Source of the DNA: Takakia lepidozioides
Taxonomy: Eukaryota > Plantae > Bryophyta
Direction of reading: 5' to 3'
Assembly (NCBI GenBank): GCA_030704615.1
Contig: CM060732.1
Coordinates: 27,838,001 to 27,902,000 of the forward strand
Length of the DNA stretch: 64,000 bases
Both the position numbers and the translations under genes were made by a program. The notes beneath the pieces were generated by a model. That model worked only from the letters and a program-made list of their open reading frames with translations. It did no database searches and was not told the origin of the DNA. This document shows, one piece after another, positions 13,600-26,733 of the stretch (position 1 is its first letter; each line of letters begins with the position of its first letter).

Positions 13600-14281
13600 G
13601 TAAATGCATTTTGGCCTCCACAGCAACATGCTTCTCTTTGTCTTTGTCTTTCGCATGGTGTTTCTAAATGTATCCCATCCATGCCAGCAATCGGTGGTTG
13701 CCGTCCCAGACGTAGAACATGTGGTTGCAAAATTGCTGGGTGTTCTTTCCCATCATGAGGCCCAGCTCGAACTCCTCATTGGCATCTTTCCAGCACTCAT
13801 CCCAGTTATCACTGATCTCTGGAGACACTAATGTGCTTTTCCCATTTATATCCGTCAGTGACACATAAAAAACTTGTGCACCAAGTCTATATCCATGCAC
13901 AAAATCACTCTCCAATTTTGTTATGTCATGGGAAAGAGGTGGACGCACAACAGGCATTGATATCATCCGGCACAGAGGGATGTCCAGACGCCCTCCAGAT
14001 ACGAGCATGTCCCTTATAACCTCCTGAGAGTTTACCTTCTGGAATGACATGAGTTCTTTCACCTTGTCAAGGTAGTGCACTTCAGATTCATCTGCTTCAT
14101 CTGTATTCTCTGAGCTTTTTGCGGACTCGTCCCCATCTCCAGATCCTTTCCCCTCTGATCCTGTAGGCTTTCTTATTTGCAATTCTGACAAATATACTAT
14201 TTGCAGCTCGAAAAGCGCGCCGTCATTGTGTTGGATCAGACTTTGAAGGACCTGAACATTTCGATTGTTTCCCCTCCCCAA
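13600..14281 (-). pseudogene. ParB/Srx-like domain gene fragment (paralog of 36485-37075)
   Basis: IPLCRMISMPVVRP...DITKLESDFVHGY...FYVWDGNHRLLAW aligns with IPLCRMISMPAVRP...DIRKLKNDFVHGH...FFVWDGNHRLFA at 36.6-36.95 kb. DGxHR is the ParB/Srx nucleotide-binding signature. Confidence 0.7.
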
Positions 14282-14659
14282 ATGTCATTGGAGGCATACA
14301 TAAGGAAGTGGAGAGGTCTCACCTGGAGATACTGTTTTTTCCGGGAGTTCTCCAAAGATGGTAACATTTTACGGTCCAACGACTTTGACAGTCAGGTTGG
14401 AGGAGAGTGGGCCATGATGCTTTGGGAAAAAATGTGGCTTCATAAGGATTGCAATCATAGATCCAGATTGAATGTCGTTGACGACATTCACTTCTTTGTC
14501 TGAGTCATTCTTAAGCGAGTATATGAATTCACCTGGTTAGGATGTAAGGGTGTAATTATAGTGTCCTTGATTAGAATTGATAATGTCCTTGAATGGCGTT
14601 GACGACATTCACATCCGGAGTTGTTGAGAGGTCCTTAGAGTTATGTAAATTTTTGTAAT

Positions 14660-16620
14660 GTCCATAGAGGTTAATGTATGCCAAATGTAGGAGTGTTGAA
14701 GATGCAAAGGGGGTGTTTGACATTATGGCTGAATGTGATGTGGTGTTGTGGAACGCGATGATCGTAGGACATGCACAGCAGGGTTGCGGGACGGTTGTCA
14801 TTCTGAACAATACCAAGGTGGACTTGTATGTAAAATGTGAGTGCATCGAGCCCTGGACAAGGGCAAAGAGGTGCATGTGAATATCATCAAAGCTGAAATG
14901 GTAGCAAATGTCATTTTGAACATTGCCCTGGAAGCTCTGGAAAAGGGGAAAGAGGTCGATGGCAACATCTTCAGAGCTAGAATTGTACCAAATGTCATTC
15001 TGAACAATACCCTGGTGGACATGTATGCAAAATGTGGGTGCGTCGAGCCCTGAACAAGGGCAAATCTAGGTGCATGGGGATATCATCAAAGTTGGAATTG
15101 TACCAAATGTCATTAGAACACTGCCCTGGCAGCTCTGGAAAAGGGCAAAGAGGTCCATGGCGACATCTTCAGAGCTAGAATTGTACCAAATGTCATTCTG
15201 AACAATACCCTGGTGGACATGTATGCAAAATGTGGGTGCATTGAGGATGCAAAGGGAGTCCCCCATGGGTCATGACACAAGGTCAAGGACAATGTGGTGA
15301 GGGTACCTTCTTCTTCAACCTATTTCAGCCTGTTTTTCCCTCTCATCAGACTCGTCCCTGAAATTTGCATGTTGAATTCTGTAATTTAACTCGTTGGGTG
15401 GATCTGCATGGGATGGTTGAAGGAGCAGGATAGAGTGTGGGTCCAGATTCATTCAAGAGGGCCAGATTTCAAGCTCCAGATTACGTATGACTTCCTATGG
15501 ATCAATAGCTACAAGAAACCTGCATGGGTAGGTCGTGTTGTGACATCTCCCATGGATGTTGAAGACGAGTTGTGCTCAAAAAACAGAGTGTGTCCTGGTA
15601 TGATCGACCACCTTAGCAACCAGTCCTGACAAAGATGGTATTTCTGAAGGGTTGTATGGTGAAGAGAAGCATGAATTGAAGAGAGAGGATGTTGCAGAGG
15701 AAGGCGATAATCAAGGAGGTTCTCCAAAGCAGCAGCAGCAGCGGCGGAATTGGCTCTGGTAATGAAGGCACCTTCTTCAACACATTTCACCTTGTTTTTC
15801 CTTCTTATCAGAATTGACCCTAAGTTTAAAAATTAAAATCTACAAGTTAGCTGGTTGAGTGAACCTTTGATAGTTTGGAGTGACTTTGACATGATACTGC
15901 CTATGTGACAACAAGAAATTAAAGTATCCAGAAACAGGTAACAGAGATGAGGACAAGTTGTGGAATGCATATTTTTCTTACCCAGTCAATGGTGGGACAA
16001 TCAAGGCAAGAAGGTGAATGTCTGTTTGATTAAGGAGAGTAGCAGATGCAATTGAGCATAGGAATAAGTGTGATAAGTTGAGTTGGGTGTTTCCGAGAAC
16101 AAATCTAGGCTGTCATCATCAGCTGCTAGCAGCAAGGCAAGGATGTATGCATGATTTGTGTATAGGCATAGATAGTTGAAAGAGCAGGGATAGAGAGTGG
16201 GTTCAGATTCATCCAGAGGGCCAGAAAGATGTCCATGGTGACATTGTCAAAGTTGGAATTGTACCGGATGTCATTCTGAACATTGCCCTGGTGGACATGT
16301 ATGCCAAATGTGGGTGCATTAAGGATGCAAAGGGAGTTTTCAATACTATGGCTGAACGAGATGTGGTGTCGTGGAACGCGATGCTTGCAGGATATGCACA
16401 GCAGGGACGTGGTATGGAGGCTTTGGAAACCTATGATCAAATGATGGGGGAAGGGGTGAAGCCCGATCACATCATGTTTTTGTGCATTTGCAATGCATGT
16501 GCAAGTCTGGCGGCTCTGGAAAAGGGCACAGAACCATGGCAACTTTGTCAAAGCTGGAATTTTACCAAATGTCATTCTAAACAATACCCTCGTGGACATG
16601 TACATGCAAAATGTGGGTGC
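14660..16620 (+). pseudogene. Scrambled PLS-class PPR gene fragments with intervening non-coding mosaic
   Basis: LVDMYAKCG..DAKGVF..MAERDVVSWNAMLAGYAQQGRG.EAL..YDQM..EGVKPD..FL...ACASLAALEKG motifs, repeated and frameshifted (14660-15265, 16225-16620). Confidence 0.9.
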
Positions 16621-16999
16621 ACCCTATCTTGCTGATTTGTTGTTGTGCTCAGTAGCAAACGTAGAAAGACTTACGCATTTTTACATCTGTTGCTATCTTC
16701 AGTGCATATGTAGTGTCCTTTGCACTTTGTCAAACTATTGTTTGAGGAGCCAGATTTTGGGACTCCGGTGCTATATTGTAAATTTGACTGGCAGCAGTTT
16801 AAGAGAAGCTCCTACATCTATGTTGTCTTTAAGTACCTATGTTTTGTCCTTTGCACTTGCTGACTTTGTTCTTTCCTGTGATTCTTGCCTATGAATAAAG
16901 CATTCATTTGCAGAGTCATTTTTTGTCTCTTTGTTCTTCCCTTTGTTCTTCTCTTTGTTTAGTATTGAATAACACTAACCCTAATCTCTACTAACCCTA

Positions 17000-17568
17000 A
17001 TGAGATAAGCATAGTCGTGGTTCTGACTGTCTAATACATTTAAAAGTTCAAAACAACCCCTCATATGACACCACGTGTCCACATATTAGCATGTCATAGT
17101 CAGGATCGTGACTGCAAGACCTCCTCAATACATGCCACGTGTTCACATATTAGGATGTTTGTAGTCAGGACAATGACTGTAAGACCTCTCATTATATGCC
17201 ACGTGTCCAGATATTAGCATGGTTGTAGTCAGGATGATGACTGCAGCTTCTCCTCACGGATATACCACGTGCCAGTTTCGGGAGACGCCATATGGCGCAA
17301 ATCCACAAAACCTCCTGGACTTATTAAAAAGTGACACGTATGCAGTTTGCAGCAGCACACTAAGTCATGTATGGTAGAAGTACATCTGACTGCCACATGA
17401 CGGTGAGATGTATCACTTGGTTCATCTGACTATCATCCATGACCGACCATACTGTATTCATTGTATTCACTTGGTTTGCACGACTTGTAGTCATTGCAGT
17501 CATATGTACCATTTATGACTACGGGATAGTCATATATACAGTCATATATACCGTGATCTGTTGTAGTG
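17000..17568. mobile_element. CACTA terminus (subterminal repeats plus TIR ending ...GATCTGTTGTAGTG)
   Basis: The reverse complement begins CACTACAACAGAT, matching the TIRs at 40532 and 45425. Repeated CCACGTGT and GTCAT/ATGAC subterminal motifs. No partner TIR was found to the left. Confidence 0.8.
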
Positions 17569-17589
17569 AAATGACTCTTAGTTACGCTG

Positions 17590-18445
17590 ACTTAATCCAA
17601 ACGCACAAAATGAAGGCTTTCACCCACCACCCAAATATTCACCGCTCATCCACCTCTTTCTGTAACCGCGCCCTCCCCATGCCACCCCACTAATACCCAC
17701 ACCCCCTATGCCTTCCATATACCGACAAAACATCCCTCTCAGATACCTCCCATCTAACTCCCATTATACTAACGACTCTCTTACCAAACCTAATGCAGGT
17801 TACGACGTATACCACGCCGCCACCAACCGAGGCACTGCCCTTAGACTTCCTAGTCCTGCCACTATATTGCATGCAGAACTCATGGCCATATTCAAAGCAC
17901 TTTCCCTACTAGATGCCCCCCCCCCCCCCCCCATACTATATCTTTACGTACAGCCTTACCTCACTCTTTCTCATCTGGAACCACATCTCCCGCCCCTCCT
18001 CCCACCAACATCACCCAGACCGCAACCTCATTACAGCCATTGTTAACCTCGTTATTTCCAAAGGACACCCCGTCCATCTTCTCAAGGTTCCCTCACACAG
18101 GGGCGCAGGGTAATGAGGCAGCGGACTTGCTTGCTCAAGCAGGCGCCTCTAAACCCCCAGTGGTACCCTCAGATGACCCTATTCACATTGCTCATACCCA
18201 CCATTTCTGGCTAATACACCCTGTCCCAGACCCCCCCGCACCCCGACCTATCCGCAACCTCATGAAAACCCTCACCCGCGAAGCTAACTAACAAGCTACA
18301 ACATCTATTAGCCACACCAAAATACACATCCAGAAATGGACTCAATCCACAGTGCTCCATCACAAGCTATCAAACTACTTTTGGCACACCAAAGCCACTA
18401 CTGATGCACAAATTCGTCAAACACTCAAATTCAGGTATGCCCATC
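17590..18445 (+). mobile_element. Fragment of a different LINE carrying an RNase H domain
   Basis: Across frameshifts: TILHAELMAIFKAL...YIFTxSLTSL...HHPDRNLI..IV...VHLLKVPSHTG.QGNEAADLLA, the RNase HI motifs of RNH-bearing non-LTR elements. Confidence 0.75.
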
Positions 18446-19238
18446 TCTTTGTTGAATGCTCTAGTGGATAGGGACACCTTTGTACTCCCTAGTGATGTTC
18501 GCAATCTCTCCAACAAACGAGTTGACCTATGTGGTTTACGACTAGGAGGTCCCGAAGCTCATGTAGAGGCACCTACGGCTGGAAGAGTTGTGGCGAGTAA
18601 TCTGAGATCCACCAAAATTCGTTCAATGGGCCAATGATGCATTCACCTATTAGCCAATTTTGGTCATTGGGAAAAAGAAATCTTGTCATGGATGAACGAC
18701 TATTGCACCCATTGAACGGATGAGGTTGAGGCCCATCTTGAGCTCGGATGTGCTTGAATATGTATGCAACACATGTGTGGAGATACAACAGAAGGGGAAA
18801 AAAACATTTGCCTCCCCAACCACGCCCTCACCCTTCAACCCATTTAGAATTAAACAACGTTTAAATGAATTTGAATCAAATAATTAGGTTTTCACTGCCT
18901 TTGATTGGGGGTTTCTGCTACGTATCAATTTTATTTCTGGCTCAATTTTGTTTTATTGTTCTACGGCTTCAAGCCTCCCACCGCTACATCCCTGCAAAAA
19001 TTTGGACCAAACAAAAATGAAAGACGGAAAGGGTGATAACCATGAGGATGTTGGGTTTCATTTTTCCACTCCGCGCAAAAAAAAAAAAAAATCTCTCCTC
19101 TCACTATTGCAAAACTCTCTATGAAGAGTGCATGAAGTAGAACACAAATCAAAGTTTGGAGTGCAAAACAAGGAAGAAACTGTGGTTCTTGGTCCAAATG
19201 AATTTTGTTCGCTCCTAAATTTGGCATGCACGTTGCAT

Positions 19239-19483
19239 ATGCCCTTCAGATTCAGTTTTAGCCAGATACTATGCTCGTATCTCAAACCCTTGTTGATAAT
19301 TTCACAATTATCAAACAAGAAATCACGGACAAAGAATCCAACCCCTTTTTGACCGCGTTTGGCAGAGGCTGCCTTGAGAGTACACATCCTACCTGCCCAT
19401 TTATAACCATTGACATCTCCAACCAGTTTATCCGACACTTCCCATGTTTCTTGCCCAGCATAGATATGAATATCATTAGTCCG
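19239..19483 (-). mobile_element. Inverted ~245-bp LINE endonuclease fragment nearly identical to ~10180-10425
   Basis: Translates SDKLVGDVNGYKWAGRMCTLKAASAKRGQKGVGFFVRDFLFDNCEIINKGLRYEHSIWLK, matching ORF 9258-10844. Confidence 0.9.
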
Positions 19484-22415
19484 AGGCCACAGAGAGAGGG
19501 CTTTCTTGGAGGGAGTCGCTCCACGGCATGTGATCTGGTGCTTGTAGATTCAGATGCTTCTGAATTAGGTGCTTGGTTAGCCCGTTGTGCCTTCTGTTTT
19601 GCTGAAGCTACAGCAAGTGACTCAATCATCTCATTGATAAATCTGCAATCAACAGCAATAATGACCATGACGCGATTTAGGTTTGACAAGTTGTTTCTTT
19701 GCCATTGTTGTGGGACACAATGGAGGAGATGTATGGAGCTACCAAGGGGCCACGAAGGTACTCTGGGGCGGTGGGCACCATCGAGTTGGATGATTTTATC
19801 CAAGAGTTTGATAGTTGGTGTGATTTGCAGCAAATGCGCAATCCACAACTATTTACGCCTTTCATGGCATGGAAGGGGTTGTTTCAGCACCTTGAGGGGC
19901 CGCCTATGGATGATTACCATGAGTTCAGGCGGGGGCATGAGGTTGAGATTGAGGAGTGGAGGATGTACTGGTCACCCGACTATGTCTCCATCACTAGGGG
20001 CACTAGAGCCACGAGGGCAGTGGCTACACCTGTTGCTGCACCGGCAGCTTCAGCGAGTAGCAGTGGGACTAGTGGGACTGGTGGTACAGTAGCTACGACG
20101 TCCACCCAAGCCACTACCGCACCAGCACTAGTACCCGTGCCTGCCTTCAACCCTGTTGTGGAGTTCTTCGAAGAGTTGAGAGGGAACTACCAAGGGGTGA
20201 GGACAGAGAAGTTGCGGAGCTTGCAAGAGTTCCAAGGGAAGCCGACCGAAAGCTTGAGGGAGGCTTTCACTCGCATGAGGCGCTTGATAAATGTAACCCA
20301 AGGGTTACGGAAGCTCAGGCAGTCCAATTCTGGTATGGGATATTGGACAAGGAGCTGAGGAGAAGGGTGCGGGATGCAACTCTCCTACAAGCGGCCCAAC
20401 CCACCTTAGCAAATGTGTTTTTGCTGGCAGAGCGGATAGAGCTCAACATGGTGGAGGAACGAGTGGTCATGGTGGGATTTGCTAAGGAGACACCACGGGG
20501 TAGTGGTGCTCCTAGCCAACCACTACCTCAACATGCTCAAGGCAACAAAGGGGCTCAGGTGAAGCTCAGGGAAGGGCAGAGAGGATCTCAGCTGCAGGGG
20601 TCTCTCCCTTCATTTGTTGGCCAACAACGGGCGGATGTGGTGTGCTGGACATGTGAAGGACCCCATGTCAAGAAGGATTGCCCAGAGGGAGGCAAAGGGC
20701 TGGCACATGCATAGCCTGCACAGTTGCAGTGTGGGCATTGTGGCAAGCACGGGCATGGAGAGGCCCAGTGTTATGGTTTGCATCCTAAGTTGCGCCCAGG
20801 CCAGTTCCAAGGGAACAATGGTGGCCGGGGGCGAGGTGGAGCAGCCCAGAGAGGACGAGGTGGCCAGCCACGAGGTGCAGGCCAAGGGCAAGCTCAACAT
20901 GGCCAAGGACGCGGAGGTCAGGGTGTTGACCAAGGCATGGCCAACCGGCTTCAGCAGCTAGAGCAGAGGCTCGCTGCCATGACTACAGCTCAGGTGGTAC
21001 TGGCTCTAAGGCCGGATGGTCCACCTCCTGCTCCTGAGGGAGGAGATATGGGAGGCATGGGATTCATGTGTGGAGCAGCACTACCACTAGTGCAGGTGGA
21101 GTCTGCTGCAGCCGTGACTCGAGGAGCAGCACGAGTTCCTGAGCCACGAGGTACAGAGGTGGAGTTGGATCCACAGCGCGGGGAGGCAAGCCGTCAGGCT
21201 AGGCTTCCTCAGTCATTCACATTTGCGGAGACAGTGTCGACGCCATCCATGGCACCTAGTTCTCGCCCGACTGTTATCGAGGCGGAGGTTACTATGCCAT
21301 TGGGGATAGCTACACGGGTAGCACCACTACCTAGTGTTGCCAAGGCTACGACACCTAGTGTGCTGCTAGGAGCGGCCACATCTGTGTGCCAGGCTCCATT
21401 GTTCTCGGCTACCATGATTGCGACGCCGGGGGTAAGACCAGCTGAGGTGTTCAGGCTGGCAGCTACACTCTGTGAGAGTGGGGAGGTTACTTCATCTTCT
21501 GCGGAGATAGTGGGAGGTGTACTGCAAGAGGGATCCTCGGATTTGAGGGTCAAGACTGCCACGGCGGCGCCATGGCAAGCTGCAGCTGCCAGGTTGATGG
21601 AGCTGCCAGCTAGGCCAGCCATTGAGCGCGCCATGGTGACACCTGGAGTTGTCATGTTAGACAACCAGGATGGCATTTTCTGTTTGAGTGGACCGGCAGG
21701 CAAGAGGTACCGGCCACTGCGGGTCTTGTTGGACGCGAGAGCTCAGCCATTGATGCTGGGCAGAGCTGCTATTGCAGGCTTGGGCCTCACGGAGGCGGAT
21801 ATGGAGCCTTGTCATTTCCAGATACAGACGTCTCTGGGAGGATTGGAGCAGGCTCGGGGCATGACACGGCGTGAGTTGGCTATCAGACTACGGCCGGATC
21901 ACCCTACAGATGGCTCAGTGATGCGAGCCAAGGCCATTGTGACAGACGCGGTCTCATGCGATGTCCTGGTTGGTGGGGCAGTGTTATACCCCATGGGCTT
22001 CACCCTGGATTTTTGGGAGGAGTCAGCTTCCTATAGGCCTGCATGGCAGTCAGGGGAGGGCCAGCGTGTGCAGCTCCCTGTGACGTTCATAGGAGGAGTT
22101 GCGGTTGCCCAGCGAGGCAAGATGCCGACACTAGCAGCATTCACAGTGGCAGTGAGTTGGCCTAGAGAGTTGCTTGAGGGCAACGCTCATTCAGAGGATG
22201 TGCCACCTCTGGGAGAGCAGGATGACATGTATGGTATGGCGGAGTTGCCTACCATGGTTGCTCAGACTCCATTGTGGGGCACGAGCAAGGATTTGCAGCG
22301 GGATGCTGATCAATGGGTGCAACAAGCCTGGGTGGAGGTTTTTGTGCCGTCAGGAGAGGAGGAGAGTTCTCCATTGGACACCACACCTATTGTGTGGCAG
22401 TATCCGGATGAATGC

Positions 22416-23390
22416 ATTTGTCTTCTGGACTTGTTTGGCGGGATCAGCACCGGATTGGTTGCTGTGTTACAGGCAGATGTACGAGTTCAGCGTTACCTGT
22501 ATGTGGAGAGGGATGAGACTGCACAACGCGTTTCACTTTGCCATGTTGCTCAGTTGGTGCAGCGGTACCCTGAGTTGTTGTCGGTGTCTGCAATTCGTGG
22601 ATATCAGCAGGCCTTGCCAGCAGACATTTTGTTGCTGGGGGCGCAGGATTTGGAGCGGGTTGGCTCCATTGATTTGGTAGTGGCAGGTTGGCCCTGCCAA
22701 GGGCATTCATCAGCCGGGCATGGCAATGGATTGCGAGACTCGAGGTCGGGTCTGTTTTGGGAGATGGTGCGGGGTTTTGCGCCACTTGCAGCTTCATCAA
22801 GCTGTATCTCCAGCATACATCTTGGAGAATGTGCCACTGATGGGCGATTCTCGGGCTAGGGTGATGGCCAGTGTGCATCAAGTCCGGTCATGACTTGGGT
22901 CAGCAGTGTTGCTAGATGCAGTTACAGTGGGGTCACGGGCTCATCGTCCATGGCTATGGTGGACTAACTTGATGCCACCTGCACTGCTCAAGCGTGCATT
23001 TGATGGGGTGCAGCGGCCAGCACATCTCACAGTGGATAACATTCTGGACACAGGGAGGCAGTCTCAACGTGTGAGACACGATGACCGTTCGCCTTTGGCA
23101 GTGGTCAACAAGGTGGGTCAACCACGAGCAGCATTACCTACACTGCTCAGCTTCCCAGGATCGCATGCTTTCCGGGATAGTGGACCTGGCCTCATGTGGG
23201 ATGCTCAGTTGCAGCAGTTAGTGGAGCCTAATGCTGACGAGCGTGAGCGGGCAATGGGTTTTACCACTGGTACCACGGCGGTGTCGTCTCTTTCTGAGGC
23301 ATCACGTCGTCAAGTGTTGGGGCAAGCAATGGATCTCAATTGCTTGACCTGGATTATCAGCTTGGCTCTAGCTGAGCAACGCAGAGTGCG
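22416..23390 (+). pseudogene. DNMT3-like C5 cytosine methyltransferase domain inside Gypsy pol (frameshift ~22770, TGA at 22891)
   Basis: Motifs in canonical order: I LDLFGGI, II YVERD, III ADI, IV DLVVAGWPCQ, V SGLFWE, VI ILENV (ENV at 22825), VIII DA...SRAHRPWLWWTNL, IX ERERAMGF..GTT, X RRQVLGQAM. Confidence 0.9.
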
Positions 23391-26300
23391 GAGTACACTT
23401 CCCTCAATGGTCTCTCAGCCTACCGAGACGGTACAGGCAGTGAGTGGGGGCGAGCATGTGAGGACCATGGGGTGCATGCATCCATGGCACACGTGGGATG
23501 TGCTCGAGGTTCAGAGGGAGTTGGCAGCCAAGGCGGCTGTGATGGATTAGGTTGGGGATTCAGGTTGAGGAGGTCCTCAAGGATGAGATGATGGGGCAGG
23601 ATGAGGCCTTGTCATTGACTGAGCAGGTAGGAAGTACTGCTCAAGAGGTTGCAACATAGCAACCACTGGACGCGTCCTCTACCTCTAAGCCCACTGGACT
23701 TAAGGTTGCAGTTACGGAGGACAATTGGGAGCCTGACATTGGACCCATTGTCACCAGAGGAGAGAGACGACGTATACGGCGGTTCCTGAGGGCTTACAGG
23801 AATTGCTTTGCCTTCAGTTTGAAGGACTTGGGAGCACTGAAGGGTCAAGAGATCCGTATTGAGTTGGCCACTGACACGCCAATCTTTCGGAGACCCTATA
23901 GATACAGTGACATGGAGAGGTCTTTGATTCAGATGAGGACTCAAGATCTCTGGGAGGCAGGTTTGGTGGAGCTCTCTGGTGGAGAGTATGCTTCAGCCAC
24001 AGTGATGCCAGCCAAGAAGGATGTCTATGGCAATTGGACGGAGAGACGTATGTGCGGTGATTACCGGCCTGTAAATCGTCAGACCAAGTCCGATAAGTAT
24101 GCCATGCCAACACCAGAGGAGATCTTTGATGCCATCGGGCATGCTAAGGCCTTTAGCACTTTGGATTTACGATCCGGATATCACCAGTTGCCAATCAAGG
24201 AGGCGGACAAGCAGAAGACGACATTCTGGGGGATCAATGAGCACGCAAGGATTGCCTATATCAGTGGCGGTTCTTACCATTTGGGCTTAAGAATGCTCCT
24301 GCAGAGTTTCAGAGAGTCATAGATAGGATTCTAGCAGGGGTGGACTTTGCTCAGTGCTACATAGATGACATCATCATCTTTAGTGTTACCATGGAGGAGA
24401 ATGAGAGACACCTTCAGGTGGTATTGGAGCGCTTGAGAGCGCACGGATTGAAGTTGCATCCGGGGAAGTGCAAGTTTTTCCACAACCAGATTGAGTATCT
24501 GGGTCACATGATATATCCTGGAAGATTGGGGGTACAGCAGACTAAGGTAGAGGCCATTGCACAAATTCCACGCCCCACGGATGTGAACCGAGTTCGAGCT
24601 TTCATGGGGTTGGCAAACTATTATAGACGGTTTGTCAAGGGATTTAGTACCATTGCAAAGGCTCTAACCAAGTTGACCAAGGTGGACCAGGAGTGGCAAT
24701 GGGAAGATGAGCAGGAACGAACTTTTCAAGAGCTCAAGGCAAGGTTGACCTCGGCGCCTATCCTAAGACGACCTATCAAGGGGCGTCCCTTTCAGCTGCA
24801 TACGGATTGGAGCATGTTGGGGCTTGGAGCGGTGCTCATACATGTGGATGATGAGGGAAAAGAGTTCGTAGTGGCTTATGCTAGCCGCTCGAACAACGCT
24901 GCAGAGGCTAAGTACAGCTCATATGAGGGAGAGTGCTTAGCTGCAGTGTGGGCCGTGGCACACTTCAGGTGCTATCTATACAGCAATCTTTTCACCCTTG
25001 TCACAGATCACCAGCCACTCAAGTGGTTGATGGAGTCAGACAAGCTTACGGGGAAGCTTGTACGGTGGGCACTCATACTCCAGGAGTATGACTTTCAGGT
25101 TTTGCATCGACCGGGTTTGGTCAATCGGGATGCGGATGGATTGAGTCGCAATCCATGCATGAGCCAGCATGATGACACTGGAGCTCGGTGGCATGGTGAG
25201 ATGGACGAGGAGATGGTGTCGGGATGGCACGCATCTGTATTTTTATGTATCTTGGCATCGGGAGGTCAGGTTGGACCTACAACAGGGATGATTGTAGACG
25301 GAGTGTCTGAGGACCCTGAGGCTAGTGATGAGCCAGGTGCTACCAGAGATATACATGAGGATTCGGCTGTGTTGGACTACCTCCGCACGGGAGACACGGC
25401 AGCCACTGTGACTGCCAGGGAGAGGGATCGGATCCTGCAACGAGCCAAGAGGTTCAAGTGGGAGAGGATACACCTACTTCGAGTGTGGGAGGATGGTCGG
25501 GTGAGGATTGTGCCTCACCCCACACAGCGTGCACGGTTAGTGCGGCATGCCCATGAGGAGTTGGGGCATTTTGGAGTGCGACGCACTCACAGTTTACTGC
25601 AGGGGCAGTATTGGTGGCGTGGTATGCATACAGAGGTGCAACAGTTCGTGGCTAGGTGCATGGTGTGTGACAGGGTGTGTGCTTCATTCAACGCCCCTAC
25701 ACCACAGTTGCATCGTTTACCAATCATGGGATTGGGCTACAGGAGGAGTCGCCACTGACTATGCGCCACCACAGATATGTGTTGGTGATGGTGGAGCACT
25801 TCTCCAAGTGGATTGAGTTGGTTCCATTGCCTGACAAGGCTAGTGAGGGGGCTGCGTATGCATTCTTGGATCATGTGCTTAGCCGATTTGGTGCTCCAGC
25901 TGAGGTACTCACGGACCAAGGGAGAGAGTTCTTGGGGGAGTTTCAGGCTTTGTGTGATAAAGGTTTGATAGACCACCGCACCACTTCTCGGGATCATCCT
26001 GCGGCCGATGGCTTAGCAGAGAATAACACACCCTGCAGTAACATCCAGAGTCGTAGGAGCAGTCTGCTGCAAATAAACATAGTCACCAGGGCTAAACCTC
26101 CGAACCCCAGGACGATATCCTCCACCACGTATAGTGACATACCTCAATGTATCACGGTGTTGTGCAATGGCAAGGTTCTCAAAAGCCATGGGCATGACTT
26201 TCTTGAACAACTTTGCACGCTGATCACATGCACGTACCCACACGTCCGGATCGTCAAGGTTAAGGACTTGAGCAGTGTCCCTACGAATGGCTGCAGGCAA

Positions 26301-26598
26301 ATCCGGCTCTCGGCCAAAGAGAAGGAAATATGGTGAGAAGGAGGCAAGTGATGCTTGTTTGCTGAACCTGTAGCCCATGGCTAACCAAGGAACCTGAAGA
26401 TCCCAATCTCCTAGGTGTCCCTTCTGCAAGCCATACTTGCGCAAATTTCGAGAGGTGTTGCCCTCAGGGGTCCTGATCTTGGAGGGTCGGGATGGCATGA
26501 CTTGGAAGGACCATGTGCGTAATTGTGCGTCATGTCACCTTCCCAATGTCGATGGCAGAGTTGACCCAAACTTGGCAGTGATACCTGCAGGTTTGAGG

Positions 26599-26733
26599 TG
26601 CATGCTCTGTGGGTCTGCCAAAGGGGTAGCCACCATGCTGGTGTGTGATCGATGCTCAAGGGGTTGGCATATGGGATGCTTGACACCACCTCTTGAGAAG
26701 GTTCCTGACAGAGATTGGTTGTGTCCACACTGC
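26599..26733 (+). other. PHD finger at the integrase C-terminus
   Basis: CMLC...MLVCDRCSRGWHMGCLTPPLEKVPDRDWLCPHC is a C4HC3 PHD, followed by a stop at about 26740. Confidence 0.92.

Noticed and set aside
3251-17568. A single large CACTA spanning the transposase to the TIR at 17568
   Set aside because: No left TIR or TSD was found, and the LINE is 3'-truncated at about 13400, which suggests a deletion junction. Unity is unproven.
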